33,122 nt of DNA, from the IMG/VR virus record IMGVR_UViG_3300025621_000036, positions 1 through 33,122 of that record; one strand, given 5' to 3'. The position numbers and the translations under genes were made by a program. Of this stretch, positions 10,301 through 18,692 are shown one piece after another. Below the pieces are notes generated by a model that did not search any database, was not told the origin of the DNA, and saw nothing but the letters and a program-made list of their open reading frames with translations. This DNA is from a virus (Duplodnaviria; Caudoviricetes). Each line of letters begins with the position of its first letter. Positions within the stretch are counted from its first letter, which is position 1.

Positions 10301-13300
10301 ACTTGCAAAAATCTGTGGACAACATAATTGCGTTCTCCAAGACACAGGCGTTCCAAGACGTAGCTATGCCCCAAGACCATAAAGACAAAGCGTTAGCTGT
10401 TATTGGTAAGTTAGAACAACTACGTAACGAAGGTAACCCACTCGACGCCGCTTTGGAGTTAATATCCTACGGCTCTACCCTGCGAGATTTCCGTCAGCTT
10501 ATAGCTGAGATTGATCCTAGCCCTTCTGCGGCTACGCAGCCTTGGTTCGACCAACTCACCGCAGCGTTCAAAACCATTATTCGTTTAGTGCAGACGTTCC
10601 TTACGGGCAAAGGTGAAGCGGAGCGGGTTGTCTTGAACTCTTTATCACTATTAGAGAAGGCCCGGACTACGGACAACCTTGCTGACATAAGACCAGTCGG
10701 CGGCGCTAAGCTGTTCATGTCTGAATTTAACGACGTGGCTACTTTAGACAGCGCAGGCAAACCTGTAGGAGATTTATTCTCTTCGACTAAAGCTAAAGAC
10801 GGCTTATACGATGCTTTTACTAGCCGCTTTCTTTTCGGTAAGAACTGGCCTGCGAGAGCTGAAGCTATTGCTAGCAGTATAGAAGCTAGGAAAGAAATAA
10901 TAGCTAAGAAGCTGCCAAAGGTCGCTGCGTATATGTCCAAGTGGGCGGCGCATTTCCAGATTCCTGAGTCTCTGACTACTTACTTTAAAACGTATAAAGA
11001 GCAACGGAACACAATCTATATGAACCTAGAGCGTCTTGTGCGCTCCATTGAGAAAGGTGACACTGCTACGCAGCAGGCTATTTTCTCCTACTTAGATGGC
11101 GATACCACTGCGTTCGATGGCGTGGTTAACGGCGACCGCCTGAAGATAGAAGCGGACATTGTTCGAGACACAATGGACAGCATGATAAAAGGCTTACCTC
11201 AGTCTATTCAAGATGAGTTTGCGGGCAAAGACTTCACTAAGAAGTTAATCTACGTGAGCGACCAGTCAACTATATCTAGCCACGCTATGACTATGACTGC
11301 CCTTGGCAGACAGCTAAGCAAGCAAGGTGTATCACTGGAAGTGGACATAGTATCAGACAGCGATTTGCTAATGACGGACGCTAATGGTGACGTAGTTCTA
11401 GACGGGGAAACTTTTTATAAAGCCACTGTAACCCCAACAAACGGCACTCCCGGCTACGCTACTATGGTCAGCAAGACTAAGCACGACTTGCAAGACGGAC
11501 AAATGAGCACTGCGGGAGCGCAGGTCAACGTGTCGGTGCAAGAAGGCGAGTACTCTATGAAGAAGTACGACGGTAGCAGCGGCAACTATCGTTTCACGCA
11601 GGACAACAACTACAAAGATAATTTGGATGCCCGTAAAGTATCCGCAATAACTAACGCTATGCGCAACACTGTTGGTGGCGTAGCTAGTTTCTACGCTACT
11701 CAGAACTTTATGAAGGCTATGGCCATACAAGGTAAAGAGTCTGGCCAAGTGTTTGACACTGTAGAAGACATACTAGCTACTTACCCAGAGTTTGCAGGGA
11801 AAATAGGAACTGGTGACGGGCAGAGCTTACCTGCTAGCGTAGCTCAAGCTTCTCAGCTAGGTGATAAAATACGTTTGCGCGGCCAGTTCGTGCAATACCC
11901 ACAAGACATTGAGCAGTATGGTGACATGGCGGGTAAGATTGTGCATGGCCCCGTTTTCGCTGCTATGCACGATATGAGCGACCGTAACCCCCTTGTTAAC
12001 GTAGAGGGCTATAACCAAGCGCTGCGAGCGTTTAAGAAGTCTAAGACTATCTACAACCCCGGAACACACGTCACTAACATAGCGTCCAACGTGACTTTGC
12101 TAATGCTGCACGACATACCGTTAAAAACTCTAGGTAGAGCCGCTAGCCTAATGGCAAGATATGAGACGGGCAAAGGTAAGCCCTTAACCCCTGACGAACT
12201 AGCGATGATGAAAGTCTTTATGAGTTCTGGCGCTATGTTGGGCAACTACTCAAGTGTAGAAGTAAAACGTGAGCTTGCTGAGAACGCGGAAAACAACCTA
12301 CTGATTGACGGCAACGAGTCCGCCATGACCCGCGTTACTGCCTTTATAAACTTTGAAGCTGAGAAAGGGAACATGGCAGCTAGGCTGACGCGGAAGCTAG
12401 GTAAGAAACTAGTAGACACCGACGACGTAGCTACCCAGTTGTACGCGGCGGAAGATAACGCGTTCCGACTCGCTTCTTTTATCAAGCACGTCGGCGACTC
12501 TAAGAGCCTATCTACCGATGGGGTAGTTACAGACGAGATGCTTCAGGCAGCCGGTCGTAGAGCGCGCACAGACTTCCTAGACTATGACATTGATTCTAAG
12601 TCAGTAAAAGCTGCGCGGCAATCTTGGTTACCGTTTGTGTCTTGGACGTACGCTATTACTCCTGTGCTGGGCCGCATTGTTCTGCACCAGCCTTGGAAAG
12701 TTGTAAACCTTCTAGCAGGATACGCCATGATTGATATGGCAGCGTCTGCACTAGTAGGAGACGATGAGGAAGAACGCCGTCGCGGCCCTGCTAAACTTGA
12801 CGAGAACGTGTTTGGTATCCCCGGATTACGCACATACATCCGTTTGCCTTTTGGCGACGACAACAACCCTGTGTACTATAAGCTAGGTGATTACATACCT
12901 TTGGCTTCTACTGTTAAAGGACTGCCGACTAACAATGGATTTATGGGCATAGATTGGTGGCCACAAGGATTACAACCGGGCGGGCCGTTTATAACTGCTG
13001 TCGTCGCTTCCATTGGTGGAGTTGACGCGTTTACAGGCGAGAAACTATACAAAGAGACTGACTCTAGCTTTGATAACGTTATGACCGTAGGGGAGCAGCT
13101 GCTCAATGTAGCTACGCCACCTTGGCTAAGAACTAGCAACATAGAAAAAAGCATAGACGCTATTCAGGGCAATACCAACTTTGCTGGCAGGAAACAGGAT
13201 GTCGCTAGATTATTAATAGGCAACATACTAGGACTTAAGATTGACGGGTACAATGTACAGCAAGAGATGTTGTCTAAGTCGTATGAAAGCAGTCAGTTAA

Positions 13301-13449
13301 CCCGCGCTTTTGGTGAGGCTATGAATCGCATAAAAAGGGAAGAAACCCGTAGCGGTAACCCGGACTACGAAGGTATGAATGCTGCGATGCAGGAATTGCA
13401 AGCAGATTTATATGACAAGCTAAACGAACTTTATAAGCTAGAGGAATAA
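7321..13449 (+). CDS. Large internal virion (polyvalent-type) protein, 2042 aa, with HExxH metallopeptidase-like motif
   Basis: Gly/Ala hydrophobic N-terminal segments (EAATEVAQ, AAVAGGLTGG), central NTVYLN...VLHEALH, and C-terminal DY...WLPFVSWTY..P region resembling large ejection proteins. Confidence 0.7.
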   Translation: MSIFSLEQLRAIAPARMKGASDAELVVDYSQQVGKDAQDVAEYFGVSTGRDRGELAAGISSGVDVVQMLGTSAAAGIADIVGAEDTSEYLRGQAERQGYESYLAGKPGLDRVEDLEGVGDYIDYAQYQIGKQLPIMGTVMAAQALPGLGQAGTAAGLTRLAAIAPRALGGGGVQQGASFAARKQALAQGEALAKSTMVGTGLGFGSLYESSAADGDPDPWKALLGAVPYGLAEAAVPAALTGVARLKTGGYTGGAVSRFGKAGAVGSVTEAATEVAQTGMEFGIDGTATAEEMRSGFLNAAVAGGLTGGSMSGAVSAIGQRRIDAPKKVETNVLGETDLAGNAPTPVQERQPEFQQNLDLNDPLAGQYDEAGAPQNIGSIEQTAEQAEQAPVLDEDQFSFDFATGPQQDFAASLKATVAKFGNIKRGQKKVLAQRLEMLQRTRAGVQADNLFEQEKTKPSERRAKKLREAMALNKAEKIRVLDEQIADTAEQVNGAAEAAVAREKLADFKNALKVISVNDKGEATLTGEITERQLAALQEGDPNVYEQVAPKEAAVEVQGETDLTVSNKAEPEIQSDLFEDVVVDPVEETQASPLARETNTAPVEEVSQTQDQIDSEMSAAEQAELESVVVTEQDSAVMDVEIRNILKSEVDSTTGEATGAPTLADGVHKAIAIMLRHPALYPAPRIGNAGKSATDPEYVNKEATAANSEQMKGIHKMLLDVVKYATIANNQAGNLDKRVTSTVGGVTTTSKQRKAAGEGPQAKYNKAIRDLEATFKKLLNPSAGGMSDKDLSAILGALKVDQETNAKTSIKEAPMRKKISAIFTPGYNFVSAGKVNTSIDSLISTAFSQYKDGTLGQKDVVSGTVTRGNKAEMKKGKPTPLEATVAEAKEDGKDVLSAVLERVSSWKGKPSPYAVTLGRSIRDVLERMNEGKAPVQVEFVGVDNDVTGPQFDPNTNTVYLNRDASQEQVLHEALHSVLQGYVYNNPTEASVVDLQKSVDNIIAFSKTQAFQDVAMPQDHKDKALAVIGKLEQLRNEGNPLDAALELISYGSTLRDFRQLIAEIDPSPSAATQPWFDQLTAAFKTIIRLVQTFLTGKGEAERVVLNSLSLLEKARTTDNLADIRPVGGAKLFMSEFNDVATLDSAGKPVGDLFSSTKAKDGLYDAFTSRFLFGKNWPARAEAIASSIEARKEIIAKKLPKVAAYMSKWAAHFQIPESLTTYFKTYKEQRNTIYMNLERLVRSIEKGDTATQQAIFSYLDGDTTAFDGVVNGDRLKIEADIVRDTMDSMIKGLPQSIQDEFAGKDFTKKLIYVSDQSTISSHAMTMTALGRQLSKQGVSLEVDIVSDSDLLMTDANGDVVLDGETFYKATVTPTNGTPGYATMVSKTKHDLQDGQMSTAGAQVNVSVQEGEYSMKKYDGSSGNYRFTQDNNYKDNLDARKVSAITNAMRNTVGGVASFYATQNFMKAMAIQGKESGQVFDTVEDILATYPEFAGKIGTGDGQSLPASVAQASQLGDKIRLRGQFVQYPQDIEQYGDMAGKIVHGPVFAAMHDMSDRNPLVNVEGYNQALRAFKKSKTIYNPGTHVTNIASNVTLLMLHDIPLKTLGRAASLMARYETGKGKPLTPDELAMMKVFMSSGAMLGNYSSVEVKRELAENAENNLLIDGNESAMTRVTAFINFEAEKGNMAARLTRKLGKKLVDTDDVATQLYAAEDNAFRLASFIKHVGDSKSLSTDGVVTDEMLQAAGRRARTDFLDYDIDSKSVKAARQSWLPFVSWTYAITPVLGRIVLHQPWKVVNLLAGYAMIDMAASALVGDDEEERRRGPAKLDENVFGIPGLRTYIRLPFGDDNNPVYYKLGDYIPLASTVKGLPTNNGFMGIDWWPQGLQPGGPFITAVVASIGGVDAFTGEKLYKETDSSFDNVMTVGEQLLNVATPPWLRTSNIEKSIDAIQGNTNFAGRKQDVARLLIGNILGLKIDGYNVQQEMLSKSYESSQLTRAFGEAMNRIKREETRSGNPDYEGMNAAMQELQADLYDKLNELYKLEE

Positions 13450-13451
13450 CA

Positions 13452-13706
13452 ATGGCTACCCCTAGAAAAGGCAAGGCGAAAGTTAAGGTCACAGCTAGCG
13501 GGAAGAAGGTTAGCTATGGCCAAGCAGGTAAGGCGAAAGACGGCGGCGCTCGTGTAAAACCGGGCACGTCTAAGGGTGATAGTTACTGCGCACGTAGCCT
13601 AGGCATAAAGAAGGGCTTGCCTAAAGCTAAGCAGAACGACCCCAATACACCGAATAACTTATCACGTAAGCGTTGGAAGTGCTCTGGCGCTAAGTCGAGG
13701 AAATAA
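13452..13706 (+). CDS. Small basic phage protein
   Basis: GAGGA RBS; YCARS.G...DPN....LSRKRWKC motif of a type seen in aquatic phages. Confidence 0.75.
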   Translation: MATPRKGKAKVKVTASGKKVSYGQAGKAKDGGARVKPGTSKGDSYCARSLGIKKGLPKAKQNDPNTPNNLSRKRWKCSGAKSRK

Positions 13707-13707
13707 C

Positions 13708-13821
13708 ATGACACCATGTAAAGGTTGCCCACACCCTACTAAGTGTAAGAAAGCTGGTAGATGCCTAAAGAAAAGTTTGCCTAAACGCGGACAGCGTACA
13801 GCGAAAAATAAGAAGAAATAA
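13708..13821 (+). CDS. 37-aa basic four-Cys peptide MTPCKGCPHPTKCKKAGRCLKKSLPKRGQRTAKNKKK (not in ORF track)
   Basis: GAGGAAATAAC-ATG RBS, nearly the same as that of the preceding gene; stop abuts the terminator. Confidence 0.65.
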   Translation: MTPCKGCPHPTKCKKAGRCLKKSLPKRGQRTAKNKKK

Positions 13822-13844
13822 AAAGCCCCAGTTAAGAGGCTTTA
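13821..13844. terminator. Intrinsic terminator at the convergence of the two arms (better formed on - strand)
   Basis: On - strand: AAAGCCTC-TTAACT-GGGGCTTT followed by TATTTCTT. Confidence 0.6.
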
Positions 13845-13910
13845 AGTTAGGTCTTGCTTAGCGATTGCTAGTAGACCTATTACTGTGATGATAATGCCGT
13901 AAAGAACCAT
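13842..13910 (-). CDS. 22-aa hydrophobic peptide MVLYGIIITVIGLLAIAKQDLT (not in ORF track)
   Basis: GGAGG RBS, single TM-like segment, own candidate promoter and terminator. Confidence 0.6.
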   Translation of the reverse strand: MVLYGIIITVIGLLAIAKQDLT

Positions 13911-13934
13911 GAGGCCTCCGTAAGTTGAAGCGGC

Positions 13935-13963
13935 ATTATAGTGGCTATCGGTTATGATCGGAA
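13935..13963 (-). promoter_or_regulatory. Candidate sigma70 promoter for the 22-aa peptide
   Basis: TTCCGA-17 nt-TATAAT (perfect -10, weak -35). Confidence 0.5.
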
Positions 13964-14008
13964 ATCACTGTTTATCATGGCTTACATATCATATATGGTA
14001 TATCTTTA

Positions 14009-14185
14009 TTATTCCTCGTGTTCAAATGTAAAGTGTTCATCAAAGCCGTTCATTATGTACTCTTCGATGCAGTGTTTAATTGTCTCTTCAGTAGGCGCAT
14101 CCGTGTGTTTGTGCGCCCTATTGTAACCAGACTCAATACCTGACTCGACTATCTCTTGTATTAACTTATGTATTTTAACTTTCAT
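14009..14185 (-). CDS. Hypothetical protein (58 aa)
   Basis: MKVKIHKLIQE...GYNRAHKHTD; overlaps the upstream stop and has a GGA RBS. Confidence 0.65.
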   Translation of the reverse strand: MKVKIHKLIQEIVESGIESGYNRAHKHTDAPTEETIKHCIEEYIMNGFDEHFTFEHEE

Positions 14186-14552
14186 TGCGATATTCCAGCT
14201 CATCTCGCATTACTTTGCGCAAAGCTGGGCGCATGGTTTTCTGAGTATCTAAGCAAGCCTGTAAGTGCTGTGTAGACATATCAGCAATCTTTACATGCAC
14301 CAGCGTCTCATCACCATTCTTACCATAAGTTCCCCACTTGACCACTTCTCTTATCACTTCATGGCTATCGTCTGAGGTGGCAGTTAGCATTTCCTCATCA
14401 CCGTTAGCAGAGCATCTAACATAATCACAGCCACCATCTAGCATATACTCTTTGCCGTTGGCATCTGTATGGGTCACATAATCGTGACGATGCTTTGATT
14501 CTAGTATTGTTCCATCAGGTGTCTTCATTTTACTGCTTAATATATAAACCAT
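14175..14552 (-). CDS. Conserved phage hypothetical protein
   Basis: TPDGTILESKHRHDYV...DGGCDY.R...WGTYGKNGD...MSTQHL motif set; translationally coupled to its neighbours. Confidence 0.75.
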   Translation of the reverse strand: MVYILSSKMKTPDGTILESKHRHDYVTHTDANGKEYMLDGGCDYVRCSANGDEEMLTATSDDSHEVIREVVKWGTYGKNGDETLVHVKIADMSTQHLQACLDTQKTMRPALRKVMRDELEYRNES

Positions 14553-15028
14553 TAGCTTACACCTTTTATTTGTGGGCCAACATTGCCAGCAGCATCAGTT
14601 TCGGGAGGAATAATGTAGCTTGTAATATAGCAATCAAGTAACTCTTCCTCCTCTAGCATCTTTTCGCCGTAAATATTACCACGAACATGCCCATAAACAT
14701 TGCCACCAACATCGCAAGCAACATCGCCATTAACATTTCCACAAACATTGCCACCAACATTACCAACAACATTGCAACCAACATCGCCACAAACATTGCC
14801 ACCAACATTACCACGAACATGCCTATAAACATCGCCATAAACATTGCCATAAACATCGCCACCAACATTGCCAATAACATCGCCATTAACATTGCCAATA
14901 ACACGGCCATTAACATCGCCAATAATGGAGCAGCGCACTTCTTTTATTTCGATATGCCCTGTCATGTCTTTAACTATTGTTATGTTTTCTTTTACAAAGT
15001 CTAGGATTTCTTTATCTGTTAGTTTCAT
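14552..15028 (-). CDS. Tetrapeptide-repeat (G[ND]Vx) protein, probable beta-solenoid
   Basis: About 21 consecutive G-[N/D]-V-x units; GGAG RBS. Confidence 0.7.
   Translation of the reverse strand: MKLTDKEILDFVKENITIVKDMTGHIEIKEVRCSIIGDVNGRVIGNVNGDVIGNVGGDVYGNVYGDVYRHVRGNVGGNVCGDVGCNVVGNVGGNVCGNVNGDVACDVGGNVYGHVRGNIYGEKMLEEEELLDCYITSYIIPPETDAAGNVGPQIKGVS
14670..14922 (-). repeat. Degenerate 12-bp tandem repeat (GGCAATGTTnnT-like), about 21 units
   Basis: Visible on + strand as recurring aacattgcc / aacatcgcc every 12 nt. Confidence 0.9.
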
Positions 15029-15070
15029 TAGTTTACCACTCCAGCTTCAAAGGTCAGGGGAAACCTCGAT

Positions 15071-15451
15071 CTAATTGCAGCGGGTATTACCCCAAGAGTC
15101 GGTGCGGCAGGTTGTTCTGCTGCCGTTTTTGCCAGTGATAACAGTATTACCCCAAGAATCTTTCCTTGCAGTTGTACCGTCACTGCCTCTGGTGTTTCCC
15201 CAAGAGTCAGTTCGGTAAATCGTGCCGTCACTTGCTTTTGTATTGCCCCAAGAATCTTTCCTGTAAGTAAGGCCGGTGCCGCTATCCCGAGTATTACCCC
15301 AAGAGTCGGTGCGTAAAGTGCCGCCATTGCCGGCGTCACAAGTATAATTAGTATTGCCCCAGCTATCCGTTCGATAAGTACAGGCAGCGTTGCTTGTAGA
15401 TGAAAGTATTACAGTCATAGCTATTGTCGCTATAGTTACCTTAAGTTTCAT
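15071..15451 (-). CDS. Secreted protein with six R[TK]DSWGNT repeats
   Basis: GGAG RBS before MKLKVTIATIAMTVILSSTSNA (signal peptide-like); Cys pairs bracket the first and last repeat. Confidence 0.8.
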   Translation of the reverse strand: MKLKVTIATIAMTVILSSTSNAACTYRTDSWGNTNYTCDAGNGGTLRTDSWGNTRDSGTGLTYRKDSWGNTKASDGTIYRTDSWGNTRGSDGTTARKDSWGNTVITGKNGSRTTCRTDSWGNTRCN

Positions 15452-15467
15452 AGTTAACTCCAAAAAT

Positions 15468-15728
15468 TTATTTATGTTTCCCGGTTTTCGTTCTAGCAAA
15501 CGAGCGGTTCTTAGACTTAGGCTTAACCGCTAGATTACTTTTACTATTAGAGCCGCCTTTTGATAGCGGCTTCTTGTGATCGACATCATTGCCATCACCC
15601 TTCTTGATTTTGCCAGCATCGCGCATCGCCTTGTTAGCAGCGTTGCGCTTAGCTCGGTTCTTCTTTTGCTCAGCAGTACCTTGGTACTTGTCGTACTCAG
15701 CCCTGTAGTCTCTAGGTTTCTTAGCCAT
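15468..15728 (-). CDS. Small HNH endonuclease-like protein
   Basis: MAKKPRDYRAEY...DVDHKKPLSKGGSNSKSNL...N motif; start overlaps the primase stop. Confidence 0.85.
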   Translation of the reverse strand: MAKKPRDYRAEYDKYQGTAEQKKNRAKRNAANKAMRDAGKIKKGDGNDVDHKKPLSKGGSNSKSNLAVKPKSKNRSFARTKTGKHK

Positions 15729-18678
15729 TGGAAGCATCCTGTAAGCCGTTAAGCAGTGCCAACGACACTGAACTTTGTTTCTTAAAGTCCGCCCCAGACA
15801 AAGAGTCAATGAACCTAGGGTGGTTTAGGTTAACAAGTATACACCACGCCTGACCGGGGTTTCTACCTCTGCAATTCTTGAACATAGTTACTCTAGCGTT
15901 GGAGTCTACCAAGGCACCCATGTTTTGCAGCTCACGGAGTACGCGGTCTTCTGCGTCGTTATTCTCCTTGACGAACTTCTTAAACACAGCCCTGTTAATA
16001 GCCAAAGTAGAGCCGGGCATAATCGGGTTGTTCGCATCGTACACATACTGCGTTCGCATAACGGCTTTGAGAGGGGCAGGCTCTCTAACCATAGGCTTTC
16101 CGCCTTTACCATAAGGCTGAGTGACTTCGATGATCTGGTCGTTGTACTGCTGCATAAACTGGCCAATAACATCAATAGCGTCTACCTTGGCATCCACAGT
16201 ATCTTTGCGGAGCTTCGTAACAGTCTCTAACATAAACTCTATCGTGCCTTTAACGTCGAATGGGAACAGGCCTAGCTTGCTACCTATCTTACCCATCGTC
16301 CAAGCAGACTTGATCATCGACTCGTAGAACCTTTCCTGCGGGGCGAAGTCAAAGCCAAACGTCTTGTGGAAGTCTGCGTGCCCTTTAGCCGCTACTTCTT
16401 TGGGGCCACCCAAGTGGACTACTGCCTGCACTAACTCAGGGAAAGCCCAGCCGTGGTTCTCTAGCAGTAGGTCTGCGTAGTTACTTGCCACCTTGCCACC
16501 ACTGTCGTCACGTAGAGATACAAATGTTCTATCGTTCTGTGGAACCTCAAACGCTCGGACTCGCAATGGCTCGGACTCTTGCTTCACCTGATCGAACTTG
16601 CTCATCAGTGAAGTGTTCGTAGTCATAAACGTAGGGCCATCCCACACAGCAGGGTGACGAATATCGCGACCGGGAGTCATGGTGGTCTTCTCTTGCCCTT
16701 CACTGAATGAGTAAGCCATCTGTGCTACTTGATGCTCGTCAGCCATGGTGATCTCATCAATCGCCATAGGCAAGTTGTTCAGCGTGCCGCGCATACCATA
16801 GATAGCGTTTGTAGTGTCGTTCCTACCTTGTATAAGACTGCGAGGGTTACCAAACATGCTGTTAACAGTAAGCAGCGACAGCGTTTTACCAGTTGTCGTG
16901 TCCGTTGAGTAGACAGAAACAATGCTACTGCCCATACCCATTTGTTTGGCGATGATACCCGTAGTAGCGATAAGCGCACACGTCCTGATCACCTGTGTAC
17001 CTGCTAGGTTCAGCATATCCATAGCCTCTACGAACTTCTCGCGGGTGCCTTGGACTACGATGCGCTCCTTGTATCTCTCAGCGTTGCCAACAATACGACG
17101 TGATGTTGCGTTGTTCGGCGGGTTAATGATCTGCTGCCCGCATATAAACGAGCCGTCTTTCTGCCAGCCGAATGACTTATAGTCATAGCCGGTAGCTACT
17201 TGGCTCTGAACCATTTGCAAGTAGTCCATAAGATACCCTCTAACTTTTTCTTGTTGGTTGAGCGACTTCAAACCAAATATCTGATTGTCTAGTAGGAACC
17301 CAGAGAACTCTTTGCCAGCACTTGATAGCACTGCTGCTAAGTGGTCGTTCTGCTCCCAGCCTATAAGTGGCTTTTTAATTGCCAAAGTAAACGACGTCTG
17401 CCGGTCTTCAGGACTAAAGTATATTGATACAATATACATCGGGTAAGTGCTCGTAAGCTCCCAATCTTTAGTCTCGTTTCCATCTTCGTCTTTAACTACG
17501 ATCTCATGGTAGATTTGATCTCTACGCATTACGTAGCCTTCAGGCATTGGAATCTCTACTTCTTGATCTTCACCTGATTCGTCTTGTACTACAACAACCT
17601 GCACGTCAGTGCTACTAAGCTGCGCCGGAGAAGTCTTCTTGCCTTGGTATGGGCAAGCCTCACAACCCTTGGGGCAATGCAAAGCGAACGTAGCGCAAGT
17701 AGTCGGGCCAGTAGCATTCCAGCCCTCCAGCTTTTCCATATTCTTTTCTAGATCAAACTCTGGGTGTTGGCCAGCGATACGTATGATAGTTTGCTCTGGG
17801 TCAGGCGTGAACTTAGCCAGCCCTAGTGACGCACGCCATAGTGGCTCTTCTACTGGGTCGCCCGCTGCGTTGGTAACTCCGCCGCTCTCTACGATAGCCC
17901 TGACCTGCTGACAGTGTTCCGCTATGGAATCTATGTCCAAGTCGTTGCCTTCGTTGAGCACCGCGTCTAGCATCGCACTACGCTTACGCTGGGGCCGGTC
18001 AGGGCGTTGTGGAGTTGTATCCATCCACTCAGTTAGCTTACCTGCCAACAGCAACACATCGTGTTCTACGCCGTCGTCGAGCAACACCTTAACTTCTTTC
18101 CAGTCTGAAGTTTTCTTGTGGAACGTGCCAACTGGGCGCAGAACCATAGACGGATCGTGTATCTTAGAGTTATCAATCTCCAAGCCTTTGGAAGCTAGTG
18201 CGGCACTCAGTGCCTTAGACACCTGTACCCACTGCTGCTTAGATATGCACTTGTCCAGCACCCAATATACATGGGCACCGATACCAGATGACACGATCAA
18301 CGGCTTCGGCAACTTTAATTCTTTGACTACTTCCGCCAGCTTAATGAGTCCATCACGCTGCGTCTTATATGGCTTGTCGCCACCACAGTCTAGGTCAAAG
18401 CATAAGCTCTTAAAGAAAGTAGCTTTATCTTGGGTACGGCGAATCTTTTGTTTGCCTTCATCCGTAGTAACTATGTTGTCAGCGAATGCGCCAACACTGT
18501 AATAAATTGTAGCCTCTGGGTTCTTATCCCAAAGCGCCATGTTAGCAGCGGCATCGTCCAGCTCCGCGTAAGTAAATACTTCTCTGTTCCAAAAAATGTT
18601 TTTATTATTATTGTATTGGGTTACTACAATCGCATCCCGATCTGGGCATACCCTCTTTAAAAAATCTAATGTATTCAC
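15721..18678 (-). CDS. Primase-helicase with DUF927-type helicase domain
   Basis: N-terminal FDLDCG and SSGIGAHVYW primase-like motifs, Cys cluster (TC..F..HC..GCEACP), then FGWQ, TTTGKT Walker A and IDE Walker B. Confidence 0.85.
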   Translation of the reverse strand: MNTLDFLKRVCPDRDAIVVTQYNNNKNIFWNREVFTYAELDDAAANMALWDKNPEATIYYSVGAFADNIVTTDEGKQKIRRTQDKATFFKSLCFDLDCGGDKPYKTQRDGLIKLAEVVKELKLPKPLIVSSGIGAHVYWVLDKCISKQQWVQVSKALSAALASKGLEIDNSKIHDPSMVLRPVGTFHKKTSDWKEVKVLLDDGVEHDVLLLAGKLTEWMDTTPQRPDRPQRKRSAMLDAVLNEGNDLDIDSIAEHCQQVRAIVESGGVTNAAGDPVEEPLWRASLGLAKFTPDPEQTIIRIAGQHPEFDLEKNMEKLEGWNATGPTTCATFALHCPKGCEACPYQGKKTSPAQLSSTDVQVVVVQDESGEDQEVEIPMPEGYVMRRDQIYHEIVVKDEDGNETKDWELTSTYPMYIVSIYFSPEDRQTSFTLAIKKPLIGWEQNDHLAAVLSSAGKEFSGFLLDNQIFGLKSLNQQEKVRGYLMDYLQMVQSQVATGYDYKSFGWQKDGSFICGQQIINPPNNATSRRIVGNAERYKERIVVQGTREKFVEAMDMLNLAGTQVIRTCALIATTGIIAKQMGMGSSIVSVYSTDTTTGKTLSLLTVNSMFGNPRSLIQGRNDTTNAIYGMRGTLNNLPMAIDEITMADEHQVAQMAYSFSEGQEKTTMTPGRDIRHPAVWDGPTFMTTNTSLMSKFDQVKQESEPLRVRAFEVPQNDRTFVSLRDDSGGKVASNYADLLLENHGWAFPELVQAVVHLGGPKEVAAKGHADFHKTFGFDFAPQERFYESMIKSAWTMGKIGSKLGLFPFDVKGTIEFMLETVTKLRKDTVDAKVDAIDVIGQFMQQYNDQIIEVTQPYGKGGKPMVREPAPLKAVMRTQYVYDANNPIMPGSTLAINRAVFKKFVKENNDAEDRVLRELQNMGALVDSNARVTMFKNCRGRNPGQAWCILVNLNHPRFIDSLSGADFKKQSSVSLALLNGLQDASNG

Positions 18679-18692
18679 TCTCTATCCTCAGA

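Noticed and set aside
7321-13449. 2042-aa protein as an N4-like virion RNA polymerase using the palindromes as hairpin promoters
   Set aside because: No convincing RNAP catalytic motifs seen, and good sigma70 promoters already serve the early region.
14653-15339. Alternative-frame ORFs (MAMLMAV..., MPINIATN..., MTPAMAAL...)
   Set aside because: By-products of stop-free tandem repeats.
14552-15451. Diversity-generating retroelement target or template repeats
   Set aside because: No reverse transcriptase in the window and no repeat pair differing only at adenines was seen.
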